A DNA stretch of 64,000 nucleotides from a bacterium (GCA_030524485.1 JAUNGR010000002.1:2820-66819), one strand, 5' to 3'; counted from the first letter of the stretch, positions 24,701 through 33,507 are shown. Program-made: numbers and translations. Notes: generated from the letters alone by a model not told the origin.

Positions 24701-25756
24701 ATGAAAGCCAAGACAATAGCTATTTGGGGCATTGTGATTGCATTGGGAGCGGCTGTGACAGTTCCCAAATTCCTAAAGCAAGATGAGGAGGTAGTGGTAG
24801 CGGTGACTCCTGTTGTGGAAGTGGAAAATCCGACAACAGCTACACTTCAAGTGGAAAATAGCCTGATGGGACTGATAGAGCCGTCAGACGTATTTTATGT
24901 GACACCGAAGATGGCAGGTGAAGTCACAGAGGTTCTGGCAGAGTTGGGAGACAGTGTGAAAGAAGGGCAGGTGCTGGCGAAAGTGGATACCAAACAGGTG
25001 GACGCGGCCAGAATCAATATGGACACGGCCAGAGTCTCTTTGCAGGATGCCCAGACCAATTTGCAGAGAATGCAGACCCTGTATGAGAGCGGAGATATCT
25101 CAGCTCAGAACTTTGAGCAGATAAGAAGTTCGGCACAGATGGCACAGCTTCAGTATGAGGCGGCAAAATTGGCCTATGACACGCAGGTGGAATACAGCCA
25201 GATCACGGCTCCCATCAGCGGAAAGATTGAGAAGAAGGATGTGGAAACAAAGGATATGATTTCCCAGTCCAGCGTGATTTTTGTGATTTCTGGAGAGGGA
25301 AGCCGTACTGTCAGCTTCTCCGTTCCGGAGCGAGTGGTGGATGGTCTTAGCATTGGTGATACCGTAACGTTGGAGAAGAATGGAAGCAACTACAGCGGAA
25401 GCATCACAGAGATTGCCGCTATGGTGGATGTCCAGACAGGACTTTTTCCCGTGAAGGCAAACATTGAAAATGGGGAAGCCTTGATGAATGGCTCTTATGC
25501 AAAAGTGACTTTGGTTGTGGAGAAGGCGGAGAATGCGATGACCATTCCGGTGGATGCTGTGTACTATAAGGATGCAGAGCCTTTTGTGTATCTCTACTCG
25601 GACGGAAAGGCGACCGAGAGAGCCATCCAAACGGGGATTTCTGACAACAATAGAATTCAGGTGACAGAGGGCTTGGATGCAAGCGAGCAGGTGATTGTCT
25701 CTTGGACGACGGATTTGTATGAAGGTGCGGATGTGGCAGTTCGCAAGGCTGAATAA
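24701..25756 (+). CDS. Efflux RND periplasmic adaptor (membrane fusion protein)
   Basis: N-terminal TM segment, coiled-coil region, the lipoyl-type motif ITAPISGKI and a beta-barrel C-terminus. Confidence 0.85.
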   Translation: MKAKTIAIWGIVIALGAAVTVPKFLKQDEEVVVAVTPVVEVENPTTATLQVENSLMGLIEPSDVFYVTPKMAGEVTEVLAELGDSVKEGQVLAKVDTKQVDAARINMDTARVSLQDAQTNLQRMQTLYESGDISAQNFEQIRSSAQMAQLQYEAAKLAYDTQVEYSQITAPISGKIEKKDVETKDMISQSSVIFVISGEGSRTVSFSVPERVVDGLSIGDTVTLEKNGSNYSGSITEIAAMVDVQTGLFPVKANIENGEALMNGSYAKVTLVVEKAENAMTIPVDAVYYKDAEPFVYLYSDGKATERAIQTGISDNNRIQVTEGLDASEQVIVSWTTDLYEGADVAVRKAE

Positions 25757-25767
25757 GGAGGAAGAGT

Positions 25768-28700
25768 ATGACAAATTTAACAAAATATGTGCTCAGACAT
25801 CCTATCACAACGATTTTGTGTGTGCTGTGTCTGATTGTATTTGGTATCTCCTCCTTGACCGGTTCTAAGCTGGAGCTGACTCCGGACATGGAAATGCCCA
25901 TGATGGTCATCAGTACGGTATATCCCGGAGCCAGTCCCGAAGACGTGAATGAGCTGGTAACCAAACCCATAGAAGAGGCAACCGGTGTCCTGAGCGGAAT
26001 CGACTCGACCACCTCCTACTCACAGGAGAATGTCTCCATGGTTTTGTTGCAGTACGAGTATGGTTCGGACATGGATCAGGCCTACTCGGATTTGAAGAAA
26101 AAGATTGATGGATTGAACAATACTTTGCCGGACGATGCACAGGAGCCAACCATCATGGAGTTCAACATCAATGAGCAGGCGGCCATCACCCTCTCAGTGA
26201 AGAACCCCAATGCACAGAACTTATACAACTTTGTAATCAATACCTTACAGCCAGAGTTTGAGAAGATATCTTCTGTGGCAAGCGTGGATATCAGCGGAGG
26301 TGAGAAGGAGTACATCCGTGTGGAGATTCTGCCGGATAAGTTGCAGCAGTATCATCTCTCCATCAGCAACATCGCACAGATGGTGGCGGCAGCTGATTTC
26401 AACTATCCAGCCGGAACCACCGTTGTGGGCAAGCAGGAGCTTTCGGTCAGTGCTGGCAGTACCTATGACTCCATGGAGAGCCTTAAAAATGTGATTATTC
26501 CTATGGGAAACGGCAATCTGATTCATCTGGAGGACCTTGCCAACATCTACATGGCAAAAGAATCCGACAACGGTATCAGCCGTTATGACGGGGAGGACAC
26601 CATCACGCTGGCCATCAAAAAGCAGCAGTCTGCCTCTGCGGTGGAAGTGTCTGAGGAAGTCCACAAAACGATGGATGAGATGATGGCAGAGCACTCGGGC
26701 TTGGACATTATGGTTGTGGAAGACAGCAGCGAGATGATTACCAGTTCCCTAAAGACCGTGTTTGAGACCATGATTATGGCCGTTATCATCTCCATGGTGA
26801 TTATCTTCCTCTTTTTTGGAGATATCAAGGCTTCCTTGATTGTAGGAACTTCCATTCCGGTCTCCATTTTGACCGCACTCTGTCTGATGTATGTGATGGG
26901 CTTTTCTTTGAATGTGATTACAATGAGCAGTTTGGTACTCGGCGTTGGTATGATGGTGGATAACTCCATCGTGGTGCTGGAGAGTTGCTTCCGCTCAACC
27001 ACAAAAAAAGGTTTTTTGGCCTATCGGGAGGCGGCTTTGAAGGGAACGGGCATTGTGAGTCGTTCTATCTTTGGGTCAACCGTTACAACCTGCGTGGTAT
27101 TTGTGCCTATGGCAGTGATGCAGGGGATCTCAGGACAGCTGTTTCGACCTCTGGGCTACACCATTGTGTTCTGTATGGCAGCCTCTCTGGTTTCCGCTAT
27201 GACCATCGTTCCTCTTTGCTATGCTTTTTATCGTCCAGAGGAAAAGGAAGCACCTCTTTCAGGGCCAGTGGCTTGGATGCAGAAGAAGTACCGCTCCCTT
27301 ATGGAGCCAATTTTGAAGCACAAGGGCATGGTAATTGTGGTGACGGTCGTGCTGTTGGTAATCTCTTTGCTGATGGCGACCAAACTTAAGATGGAGATGA
27401 TGCCGGAGACGGACGAGGGAACCATTCAGGCTTCCATCGAGCTGAAGCCGGGACTCACAAACGAAAGAGTGAATGAGATTTTGCTGGAGGCGGAGAGTTA
27501 TATTAGCAGCGATGAGAATGTAGAGTCTTATATGCTGTCCTACGGCGGAAGTGGCCTATCTTTGAGTGGTTCCGGAGCCAGCATCACGGCATATTTGAAG
27601 GACGACCGAAGCATGGAGACCGATGAGGTGGTTGAGCTGTGGAAACCCGTTTTGGGAAGTATGACGGACTGTTCCATCACCGTAACTTCTCTCAACAGCA
27701 TGAGCATGATGAGCACAAACACAGATTACTACGAGGTGATTTTACAGAGTGCACAGTACGAGGATGCCAAGGCGGTTTCCGATCGTCTGGTGGAGGAACT
27801 GAGAGGACGCAGCGATGTGACGCAGGTGCATTCTTCTCTGGAGAATGCCGCACCGGTTGTTAAGTTAGAGATTGATCCGATTAAGACAGCGGCGGAGGGC
27901 TTAACCCCGATTGCAGTGGCGACTTCGGTGAATGGCATCCTAAGCGGAACCGAGGCCATGACAATGGATGTCAATGGCGAAGAGGTCAGCGTTATGGTGG
28001 AATATGGGCCGGAGGAGTACGATACCTTAGAAAAAGTAAAGAGTATTTTGCTTCCCACTACAACAGGGGCTTCCGTGGCTTTGACGGACATCGCAGAGGT
28101 TCGTTTTGAGGACAGTCCGCAGGCCATTCAGCGTGTAGATAAGCAGTATCAGGTGACAGTGACAGCCAATTACACAGACACTGCGACCGCAAATACCAAG
28201 GCGGAGCTGGACACTTTGGTCTCGGAACAATATCTGGGTGGTGGCATCACTCTGGCAGAGAATGCCATGACGGAGATGATGTATGAGGAGTTCGGAAATC
28301 TGTTCAATGCTATTTTAATCGCTGTCTTCCTGATTTTCGTGGTGATGGCGGCACAGTTTGAATCGCCAAAGTTTTCCATCATGGTGATGACTACCATTCC
28401 GTTTAGTTTGATTGGAGCCTTCAGTTTCTTATTTTACACCGATGTCAGCATCAGTATGCCATCTCTGTTAGGATTTTTGATGTTGGTCGGAAACGTAGTA
28501 AACAATGGTATTTTGTATGTGGATACTGTGAACCAGTATCGGGAGACGATGGATTTAAAGACAGCCCTGATTGAGGCAGGTGCAACTCGTCTTCGTCCGA
28601 TTTTGATGACCACACTGACCACGGTCATTTCCATGGTGCCTATGGCAGTTGGATATGGAGACAGCGGAGCTATGATGCAGGGACTTGCACTTGTCAATGT

Positions 28701-28800
28701 TGGTGGTTTGACGGCCTCCACCGTGATGGCCTTGCTGCTGCTCCCCGCTTTCTATGCTTTGCTGAATCGTAAGCCAAAGCCGGAGCTGGAGCTGGATTAG
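25768..28800 (+). CDS. RND (AcrB/HAE-type) efflux permease
   Basis: 1010 aa with two large extracytoplasmic loops and about 12 TM segments. Starts MTNLTKYVLRHPITTILCVLCLIVFG. Confidence 0.92.
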   Translation: MTNLTKYVLRHPITTILCVLCLIVFGISSLTGSKLELTPDMEMPMMVISTVYPGASPEDVNELVTKPIEEATGVLSGIDSTTSYSQENVSMVLLQYEYGSDMDQAYSDLKKKIDGLNNTLPDDAQEPTIMEFNINEQAAITLSVKNPNAQNLYNFVINTLQPEFEKISSVASVDISGGEKEYIRVEILPDKLQQYHLSISNIAQMVAAADFNYPAGTTVVGKQELSVSAGSTYDSMESLKNVIIPMGNGNLIHLEDLANIYMAKESDNGISRYDGEDTITLAIKKQQSASAVEVSEEVHKTMDEMMAEHSGLDIMVVEDSSEMITSSLKTVFETMIMAVIISMVIIFLFFGDIKASLIVGTSIPVSILTALCLMYVMGFSLNVITMSSLVLGVGMMVDNSIVVLESCFRSTTKKGFLAYREAALKGTGIVSRSIFGSTVTTCVVFVPMAVMQGISGQLFRPLGYTIVFCMAASLVSAMTIVPLCYAFYRPEEKEAPLSGPVAWMQKKYRSLMEPILKHKGMVIVVTVVLLVISLLMATKLKMEMMPETDEGTIQASIELKPGLTNERVNEILLEAESYISSDENVESYMLSYGGSGLSLSGSGASITAYLKDDRSMETDEVVELWKPVLGSMTDCSITVTSLNSMSMMSTNTDYYEVILQSAQYEDAKAVSDRLVEELRGRSDVTQVHSSLENAAPVVKLEIDPIKTAAEGLTPIAVATSVNGILSGTEAMTMDVNGEEVSVMVEYGPEEYDTLEKVKSILLPTTTGASVALTDIAEVRFEDSPQAIQRVDKQYQVTVTANYTDTATANTKAELDTLVSEQYLGGGITLAENAMTEMMYEEFGNLFNAILIAVFLIFVVMAAQFESPKFSIMVMTTIPFSLIGAFSFLFYTDVSISMPSLLGFLMLVGNVVNNGILYVDTVNQYRETMDLKTALIEAGATRLRPILMTTLTTVISMVPMAVGYGDSGAMMQGLALVNVGGLTASTVMALLLLPAFYALLNRKPKPELELD

Positions 28801-28848
28801 GCAAGGGCAAACATCCGGTTTGGGGCAGGAAGGAGAAAGGAGAATTGT

Positions 28849-30120
28849 ATGAGAAAATATAGAAGGGAGGCAACGGTTGTGCTGGCCTCGCTGCTGGCAG
28901 TCAGCCTTGCCTCACCCGTGTTTGCGGCTCCCAAGGTGACGGGACCGGCGATGGCACTGGAACTTGCAAAAGAAGAGGAAAAGGGTGGGAGTGAGCAGGG
29001 GAATTCCTACCAGTCCCTGATGGACAATAAAATGGAATATTCGGAGCTTGCAGATTTGATTCATGAGTTTAACACCACGGTGAGAAACAACCAGACCACT
29101 CTGGAAAATTCCAGAGACCAAGAGGACAACGAGCAGATGGCAGCGGAACTAGACAGCGAGGCGGAAGACTTGGAAGACCTTGCCGAGGAGCTGGAAGACC
29201 TCTATGGGGATATGACCGGAGCCGAGGCACAGGCAGGTATGGCGATGTATGCCAATTATAAGTACAATGCGAAGGCCTTGAAAAATTATGCCAAGCAGCT
29301 TCGGGAACAGGCACAGGGAAAGGGACTCTCCAATGCCCTGAGCAAGTTACAGAACGAGAAGGTGGAGAAGGGCTTGGTGGCTTCGGCACAGAGCATGATG
29401 AACCAGTATAACCAGATGAAGCTGCAGATAAGCTCTTTGGAGGTGCAGAAGGAGCTTGCCGAAGCCACCTATGAGTCTGTGTCCAAGCAGGCCGCGGTGG
29501 GAATGGCGACTGCCAGTCAGGTTAAGACAGCACAGGATGCCATTTTAACCTTAGAGGTGTCCATCTCGGCACAGAAGAATGCTTTGGAGAGCCTGAAGCA
29601 GAATCTCAATGTGATGACTGGTTGGGAGTACAGCGACCAGCCGGAGATAGGGGAACTTCCGAGTATGGACTTTGGTCGTGTGGACGCGATGAATTTGGAG
29701 GCGGACAGACAGCAGGCCTTCAACAATAGCTATGACAGAAGAATTGCAGCGATTGAGTATACCGAGACTACGGCAGGCAACGAAAAGGTCAGCAAGCAGA
29801 GAAGTTTGGACCAGACGGAGCAAAGCGTAAAGTCCTCGTTTGAGGCACTCTACGATGCGGCCAGACAGAGCAAGGCTTCTTACGATGCGGCCAAGACCGC
29901 CTATGATATGGAAAAGAGCAATATGGATGCAGCGGAGAGAAAGTACCAGTTGGGCATGGTAAGTAAACTCGAGTATCTGCAGCAGAAATCCCAGTTTGCA
30001 CAGAAGGAAACCGCACTCAAGGTAGCGGAGTGGAATCTGTTTCAGGCGATGGAAAATTACGATTGGGGCAAGAAGGGGCTGATTCAGTCCTCCTCACAAG
30101 CTTCTTCCAACGCCGCATAA
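28849..30120 (+). CDS. TolC/OEP-family protein 1
   Basis: Signal peptide. Two OEP-like repeat signatures: AEATYESVSKQAAVGMATASQV...L.SLKQNLNVMTGW, and AERKYQLGMVSKLEYLQQ. Confidence 0.7.
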   Translation: MRKYRREATVVLASLLAVSLASPVFAAPKVTGPAMALELAKEEEKGGSEQGNSYQSLMDNKMEYSELADLIHEFNTTVRNNQTTLENSRDQEDNEQMAAELDSEAEDLEDLAEELEDLYGDMTGAEAQAGMAMYANYKYNAKALKNYAKQLREQAQGKGLSNALSKLQNEKVEKGLVASAQSMMNQYNQMKLQISSLEVQKELAEATYESVSKQAAVGMATASQVKTAQDAILTLEVSISAQKNALESLKQNLNVMTGWEYSDQPEIGELPSMDFGRVDAMNLEADRQQAFNNSYDRRIAAIEYTETTAGNEKVSKQRSLDQTEQSVKSSFEALYDAARQSKASYDAAKTAYDMEKSNMDAAERKYQLGMVSKLEYLQQKSQFAQKETALKVAEWNLFQAMENYDWGKKGLIQSSSQASSNAA

Positions 30121-30136
30121 AGGAAGGAGAAGCAGG

Positions 30137-31333
30137 ATGACAGCAAAAAGAAGGATACAGAGAGCAGGAGGCTTGCTTTTGGCAGCCTCCCTGACACTGG
30201 GGATGGCAGCTCCGGCCCTTGCGGTCAGTCCTCCCTTTGCTTACACCGAGGAAGAGTGGGCGAGATTGCGGGACAATGTGCTGGAGTATGAGGAGATTCC
30301 CAATCTAGTGGATGAGTATAATGTGATAGTGCAGAACAACGATGTGACTTACAATGGGATGCGCAGCCAGAAGACCTCGGAGGACATTCGGGAGAAAATG
30401 GAGGAGAGCATTGATTCTCTGTATGAGGCGGCCGACCAGATGGAGGACATGATGAGTGACCCCATGATGGCACTGTTGACCAATAGCTACAGTCAGGTCA
30501 TGTACTCTGCCAATACCATGAACTCCAGTGCCTTGCAACTGGAGCAGCAGTTGGATTCCTATGTAACCATGGACAGAGCCACCGTAAAGTTTCAGCTGGA
30601 TAATGTGCAGGCCATGCTCACGGCAACCGCTCAGGATTTGATGATTTCCTATGAAAAATTGCTTCTGAATCAAGATATGGTCAAGAAGAGCAGAGAGCTT
30701 TTGGAGAGCGTGTTGGAATCCACAAAGAGACAGAAGGAGTTGGGGATGGCGACGGACAACGCTGTGCTGAGTGCACAGGCGAATCTCCATAATTTGGATG
30801 CTTCCCTGCTGCAGATTGAGGCGGGACTTCGCAGCGTTCATCAAAACCTTTGTCTGATGACAGGTTGGAAGTACGATGCTTCTCCGCAGATTCAGGCAGT
30901 CCCAAAGGCAGATGAGAACTGGCAGAGCAAAATCGACCTTGCAGCAGATAAGAAGAAGGCAGTGGAGAACAATTACACCCACAATTATAATAAGAAGATA
31001 CTGGAAAATACCACCGCTGCCTCGGACAAAGTGACTCTGGAAAGAAGTCTCAAGGATGAGGAAAAGAGCATAGCCCAGAAGTTGACTGCCCTGTACGATG
31101 CCGCCGTCCAGAGTCAGCAGGAGCTGGAGGAAGCTCGCAGAAGCACCCAGACCGCCAAGGAAAATCTGGAGAGTGCGGAGAGACAAAAAGCGGCTGGAAG
31201 CATTGGAAATCTGCAATATTTGCAGCAAAAGAATGCCTATGATAGTGCCGTTGGCAGTGAAAAGTTGGCAGAACTCTCGCTCTTTCAGGCGATAGAGGTG
31301 TATCATAGGGCTGTCAATGGCTACATGGCCTAG
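30137..31333 (+). CDS. TolC/OEP-family protein 2
   Basis: Signal peptide. ...ELGMATDNAVLSAQANL...VHQNLCLMTGW, and AERQKAAGSIGNLQYLQQ. Confidence 0.7.
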   Translation: MTAKRRIQRAGGLLLAASLTLGMAAPALAVSPPFAYTEEEWARLRDNVLEYEEIPNLVDEYNVIVQNNDVTYNGMRSQKTSEDIREKMEESIDSLYEAADQMEDMMSDPMMALLTNSYSQVMYSANTMNSSALQLEQQLDSYVTMDRATVKFQLDNVQAMLTATAQDLMISYEKLLLNQDMVKKSRELLESVLESTKRQKELGMATDNAVLSAQANLHNLDASLLQIEAGLRSVHQNLCLMTGWKYDASPQIQAVPKADENWQSKIDLAADKKKAVENNYTHNYNKKILENTTAASDKVTLERSLKDEEKSIAQKLTALYDAAVQSQQELEEARRSTQTAKENLESAERQKAAGSIGNLQYLQQKNAYDSAVGSEKLAELSLFQAIEVYHRAVNGYMA

Positions 31334-31342
31334 GCACGAAAC

Positions 31343-31969
31343 TTAAAAGGAGGAAAGCGGCGTAAGAAAAAAGAAGCGAAGCTCCGCTGGTTTTGCCTCC
31401 TTTGACAGCAATTTGGAGTAGGTTCCTTCTCCCACCAAATCTTTCAGAAGTTCACAGGAAGAGGCTGGGAGGTAGGGACCACTTTCGTCTGTAAAGCAGA
31501 GGGAGGGGTAGAGAACGCACCACCAGTTATGCCCTTTGGCCTCCCCGATGCAGATTCGCAGAGCCTCATACTGTCCGCTGGGAAAGCAAAGTGCACCGTA
31601 GCGGCGTTGGGGGAAGTGTATGGAGGCTATCTCCAAAGTGGCAGTGTCAGAGGAGCCATTTTGGGCAAGAAAGGCGTTGAGGCTTTCCACAAGAGTCGCC
31701 TTTTGATTTTCTACGTAAGAAAGGATGTTTGCCTTGTCGGCTGTCTGGGGCAGAGCCTTGTGGAGTGTATCCAAAAAGAAATCCCGAACTTTTAATTTCA
31801 GATTTTGGTCCTCCTCGCTGTCACTGGCAGCCAATACATGGAAGCGCAGGACAGAGGGGGAGAGGGAAGCGGCTATCGCTTCGTCATGACTGCGGTCTGC
31901 GAGAGCAAAAAAGCAGCAGGCAAAAAGAAAAAAGACAACGGAAAAAAGCAAAGGGGAAATGCGTCTCAT
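31343..31969 (-). CDS. spoIIR: Stage II sporulation protein R
   Basis: VLRFHVLAASDSEEDQNLKLKVRD and HNWWCVLYPSLCF. Confidence 0.85.
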   Translation of the reverse strand: MRRISPLLFSVVFFLFACCFFALADRSHDEAIAASLSPSVLRFHVLAASDSEEDQNLKLKVRDFFLDTLHKALPQTADKANILSYVENQKATLVESLNAFLAQNGSSDTATLEIASIHFPQRRYGALCFPSGQYEALRICIGEAKGHNWWCVLYPSLCFTDESGPYLPASSCELLKDLVGEGTYSKLLSKEAKPAELRFFFLTPLSSF

Positions 31970-31999
31970 AAAAAACCTCCTGTATTTTTTTGATTTCTG

Positions 32000-32113
32000 T
32001 TGGTAATTATGGACAGCTATGCTATACTTTAAACCGTCTGATAGTATGATACCAGGGGCAAAAAGTCATAAAATCCGATGCAAGCTTGCTTGCAAGAGGA
32101 TTTTTGAACTTGG
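32000..32113 (+). repeat. Promoter-hairpin-U-tract module, copy 2 (candidate small RNA or attenuator)
   Basis: TTGGTA (32000-32005), 17 nt, TG-extended TATACT (32023-32028). Then TATGATACCAG, then hairpin 32070-32104 ending in T5. Confidence 0.55.
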
Positions 32114-32162
32114 GACCCGTCAAAACATGAGCAAGAAACTGTTTTTCAAAGAAAAACGTGCG
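32108..32162 (+). repeat. Second repeat module (ACTTGGGACCC...CATGAGCAAGAAACTGTTTTTCAAAGAAAAACGTGCG)
   Basis: A related copy lies on the - strand at 33453-33507. Contains the hairpin GTTTTTC aaa GAAAAAC. Confidence 0.5.
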
Positions 32163-32184
32163 ATAGGAAGGAAAAAAGAAAACT

Positions 32185-32613
32185 ATGACCAAAGATGTGT
32201 TAATTCGTATTAAAGGCTCTCATTTAATGAACGAAGACCAAGAGATGCTGGAGCTTATGGTCTTGGGACAGTATTATTTTAGAAACGGAAAGCACTTCCT
32301 AGTGTACGATGAGGTGATGGAGGAAGGAGGCAAACCCGTGCATAATGTGGTAAAGATAACGGAGAATCTGGTGGAAATCTCAAAAAACGGACAGGTAGAG
32401 AGCAAGATGCGTTTTGAGAAAGATAAGAAGGAGATGAGCCGTTATGTCACTCCTTTCGGAGAAATCTGGATGGGACTGGACACCAAGAAGATTCAGATGC
32501 AGCAGGAGGCAGATTCCCTGCAGTTGGAAGTGCAATATGCTTTGGAACTCAACTATGAGCACACTTCGGACTGCACGCTTTGCATGGAGGTCTCCTCGGT
32601 GGAGGGAGCTTAG
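32185..32613 (+). CDS. DUF1934 (YwiB-like) protein
   Basis: 142 aa. VLIRIKGSHL...QYYFRNGKHFLVYDE. Family recall only. Confidence 0.75.
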   Translation: MTKDVLIRIKGSHLMNEDQEMLELMVLGQYYFRNGKHFLVYDEVMEEGGKPVHNVVKITENLVEISKNGQVESKMRFEKDKKEMSRYVTPFGEIWMGLDTKKIQMQQEADSLQLEVQYALELNYEHTSDCTLCMEVSSVEGA

Positions 32614-32614
32614 T

Positions 32615-32757
32615 GCTGCCTGTCGGCAGCAGGACTTTCAAAGTAAACCTTCATGCACCCGACCGATGGATGCACCACCTTACCATGAAAGTCTGTCGGG
32701 TGCACTCGGCATCCCTGAATTTAGGCTGCCTGTCGGCAGCAGGACTTTCAAAGTAAA
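32615..32757 (+). repeat. 33-nt perfect direct repeat (32615-32647 and 32725-32757) flanking a 77-nt structured insert
   Basis: GCTGCCTGTCGGCAGCAGGACTTTCAAAGTAAA occurs twice. The insert has the 10-bp helix TGCACCCGAC / GTCGGGTGCA. Confidence 0.8.
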
Positions 32758-32796
32758 AGAAAAAGGAACTGCCGGATGTGGGAAGTTCCTTTTTGA
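32758..32796. terminator. Hairpin between the convergent DUF1934 gene and the downstream membrane-protein gene
   Basis: AAAAGGAACT / AGTTCCTTTT with flanking A and T runs. A second small hairpin at 32802-32819 is followed by TATTTTT. Confidence 0.65.
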
Positions 32797-32818
32797 ATGA
32801 GAGCTGCTTTGCGGCAGC

Positions 32819-33331
32819 TTATTTTTGTGATTTTTTGTTGTCTTTTTTGTTTGTTTTGTTGTCTTTCCCTGCGGCACGCTTCTCTACAAAGCGGGAGATA
32901 GCTCCGGAGATGCCTTTTTTCTTGGGAAGAGGAAGAGGAGAACCACCTCGAACACTCTTTAACTCGGTTATGTATAGGCCGCTCAGGACCACTTTCACTT
33001 CGGCTTTTACGGGAAGTTGAAGGAAAACTCTCTCGTCTGCAATTAAGGTGACGATTTTGGGACCAATCTTGGCTTTTACAATCGGAAGCTTCGCCCAACG
33101 CATATATTTTGGGGTCTGTTCCGCCACAATTTTGGGAAGATTTGCCTCTTTGAGTTTGAGCTTTTTCTTATCTATGACGAGCATGGAGACCGTCTGTGCA
33201 GCGGCTTCCATCATCTCCTTCTGCTCAACTTGTCGCTTTTCTAATTTTCTGCCAAAAAAATAAAGGACGAGAAGCAGAACTGCAAGAACAAACAAAACAA
33301 CAAAAAGTACAGTGAGAATAGTGTTTAACAC
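32819..33331 (-). CDS. Single-pass membrane protein with a Lys-rich C-terminus (hypothetical)
   Basis: GGAGGT 6 nt before GTG 33331. TM segment ILTVLFVVLFVLAVLLLVLYFF. No family recognised. Confidence 0.6.
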   Translation of the reverse strand: MLNTILTVLFVVLFVLAVLLLVLYFFGRKLEKRQVEQKEMMEAAAQTVSMLVIDKKKLKLKEANLPKIVAEQTPKYMRWAKLPIVKAKIGPKIVTLIADERVFLQLPVKAEVKVVLSGLYITELKSVRGGSPLPLPKKKGISGAISRFVEKRAAGKDNKTNKKDNKKSQK

Positions 33332-33391
33332 GGGTGTACCTCCATCCGACAGCAAATTCAGTCCCTCTCCTAGGGAACTGAGCTGTTTCTA

Positions 33392-33423
33392 CGTTATGAT
33401 ACTGGATTGCTTCGCATAAAGTG
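33392..33423 (-). promoter_or_regulatory. Leader motif copy 2 (CACTTTATGCGAAGCAATCCAGTATCATAACG on the - strand)
   Basis: Lies in the ~170-nt leader of the 32819-33331 gene, inside the helix GGATTGC...GCAATCC. Confidence 0.5.
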
Positions 33424-33452
33424 CTCACGCAATCCTCAAAACATTTGTAATC

Positions 33453-33507
33453 CGCTCGTTTTCCTTCAAAAAACGACTTCTTACTCATATTTTGGTGGGT
33501 CTCAAGT
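33453..33507 (-). repeat. Second repeat module, - strand copy
   Basis: ACTTGAGACCCACCAAAATATGAGTAAGAAGTCGTTTTTTGAAGGAAAACGAGCG. Compare 32108-32162. Confidence 0.5.

Noticed and set aside
31334-31342. Missing terminator between the convergent OEP-2 gene and spoIIR (9-nt gap) as a sign of misannotation.
   Set aside because: Both ORFs end with family-typical C-termini. Tight convergent packing is unusual but not evidence of error, and nothing further can be tested from sequence alone.
21710-32113. The recombinase-efflux segment as an integrative mobile element or prophage remnant.
   Set aside because: There are no phage, conjugation or transposase genes and no tRNA or direct-repeat att sites. 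The core sporulation gene spoIIR is inside the bracketed segment.
32648-32724. Possible hammerhead ribozyme, because of CTGATGGA...CCATGAAAGT in the 77-nt insert (clearer in the 48.9-kb copy).
   Set aside because: The core would read CUGAUGG instead of CUGAnGA (A9 replaced by G). The 32.6-kb copy has CCGATGG, so U4 is also lost. No proper stem III or cleavage triplet is present.
32615-32757. Mini CRISPR array: two identical 33-nt repeats with a palindromic core.
   Set aside because: There are only two repeats, the 77-nt spacer is too long, and the spacer recurs at 48.9 kb. No cas genes are in the window.
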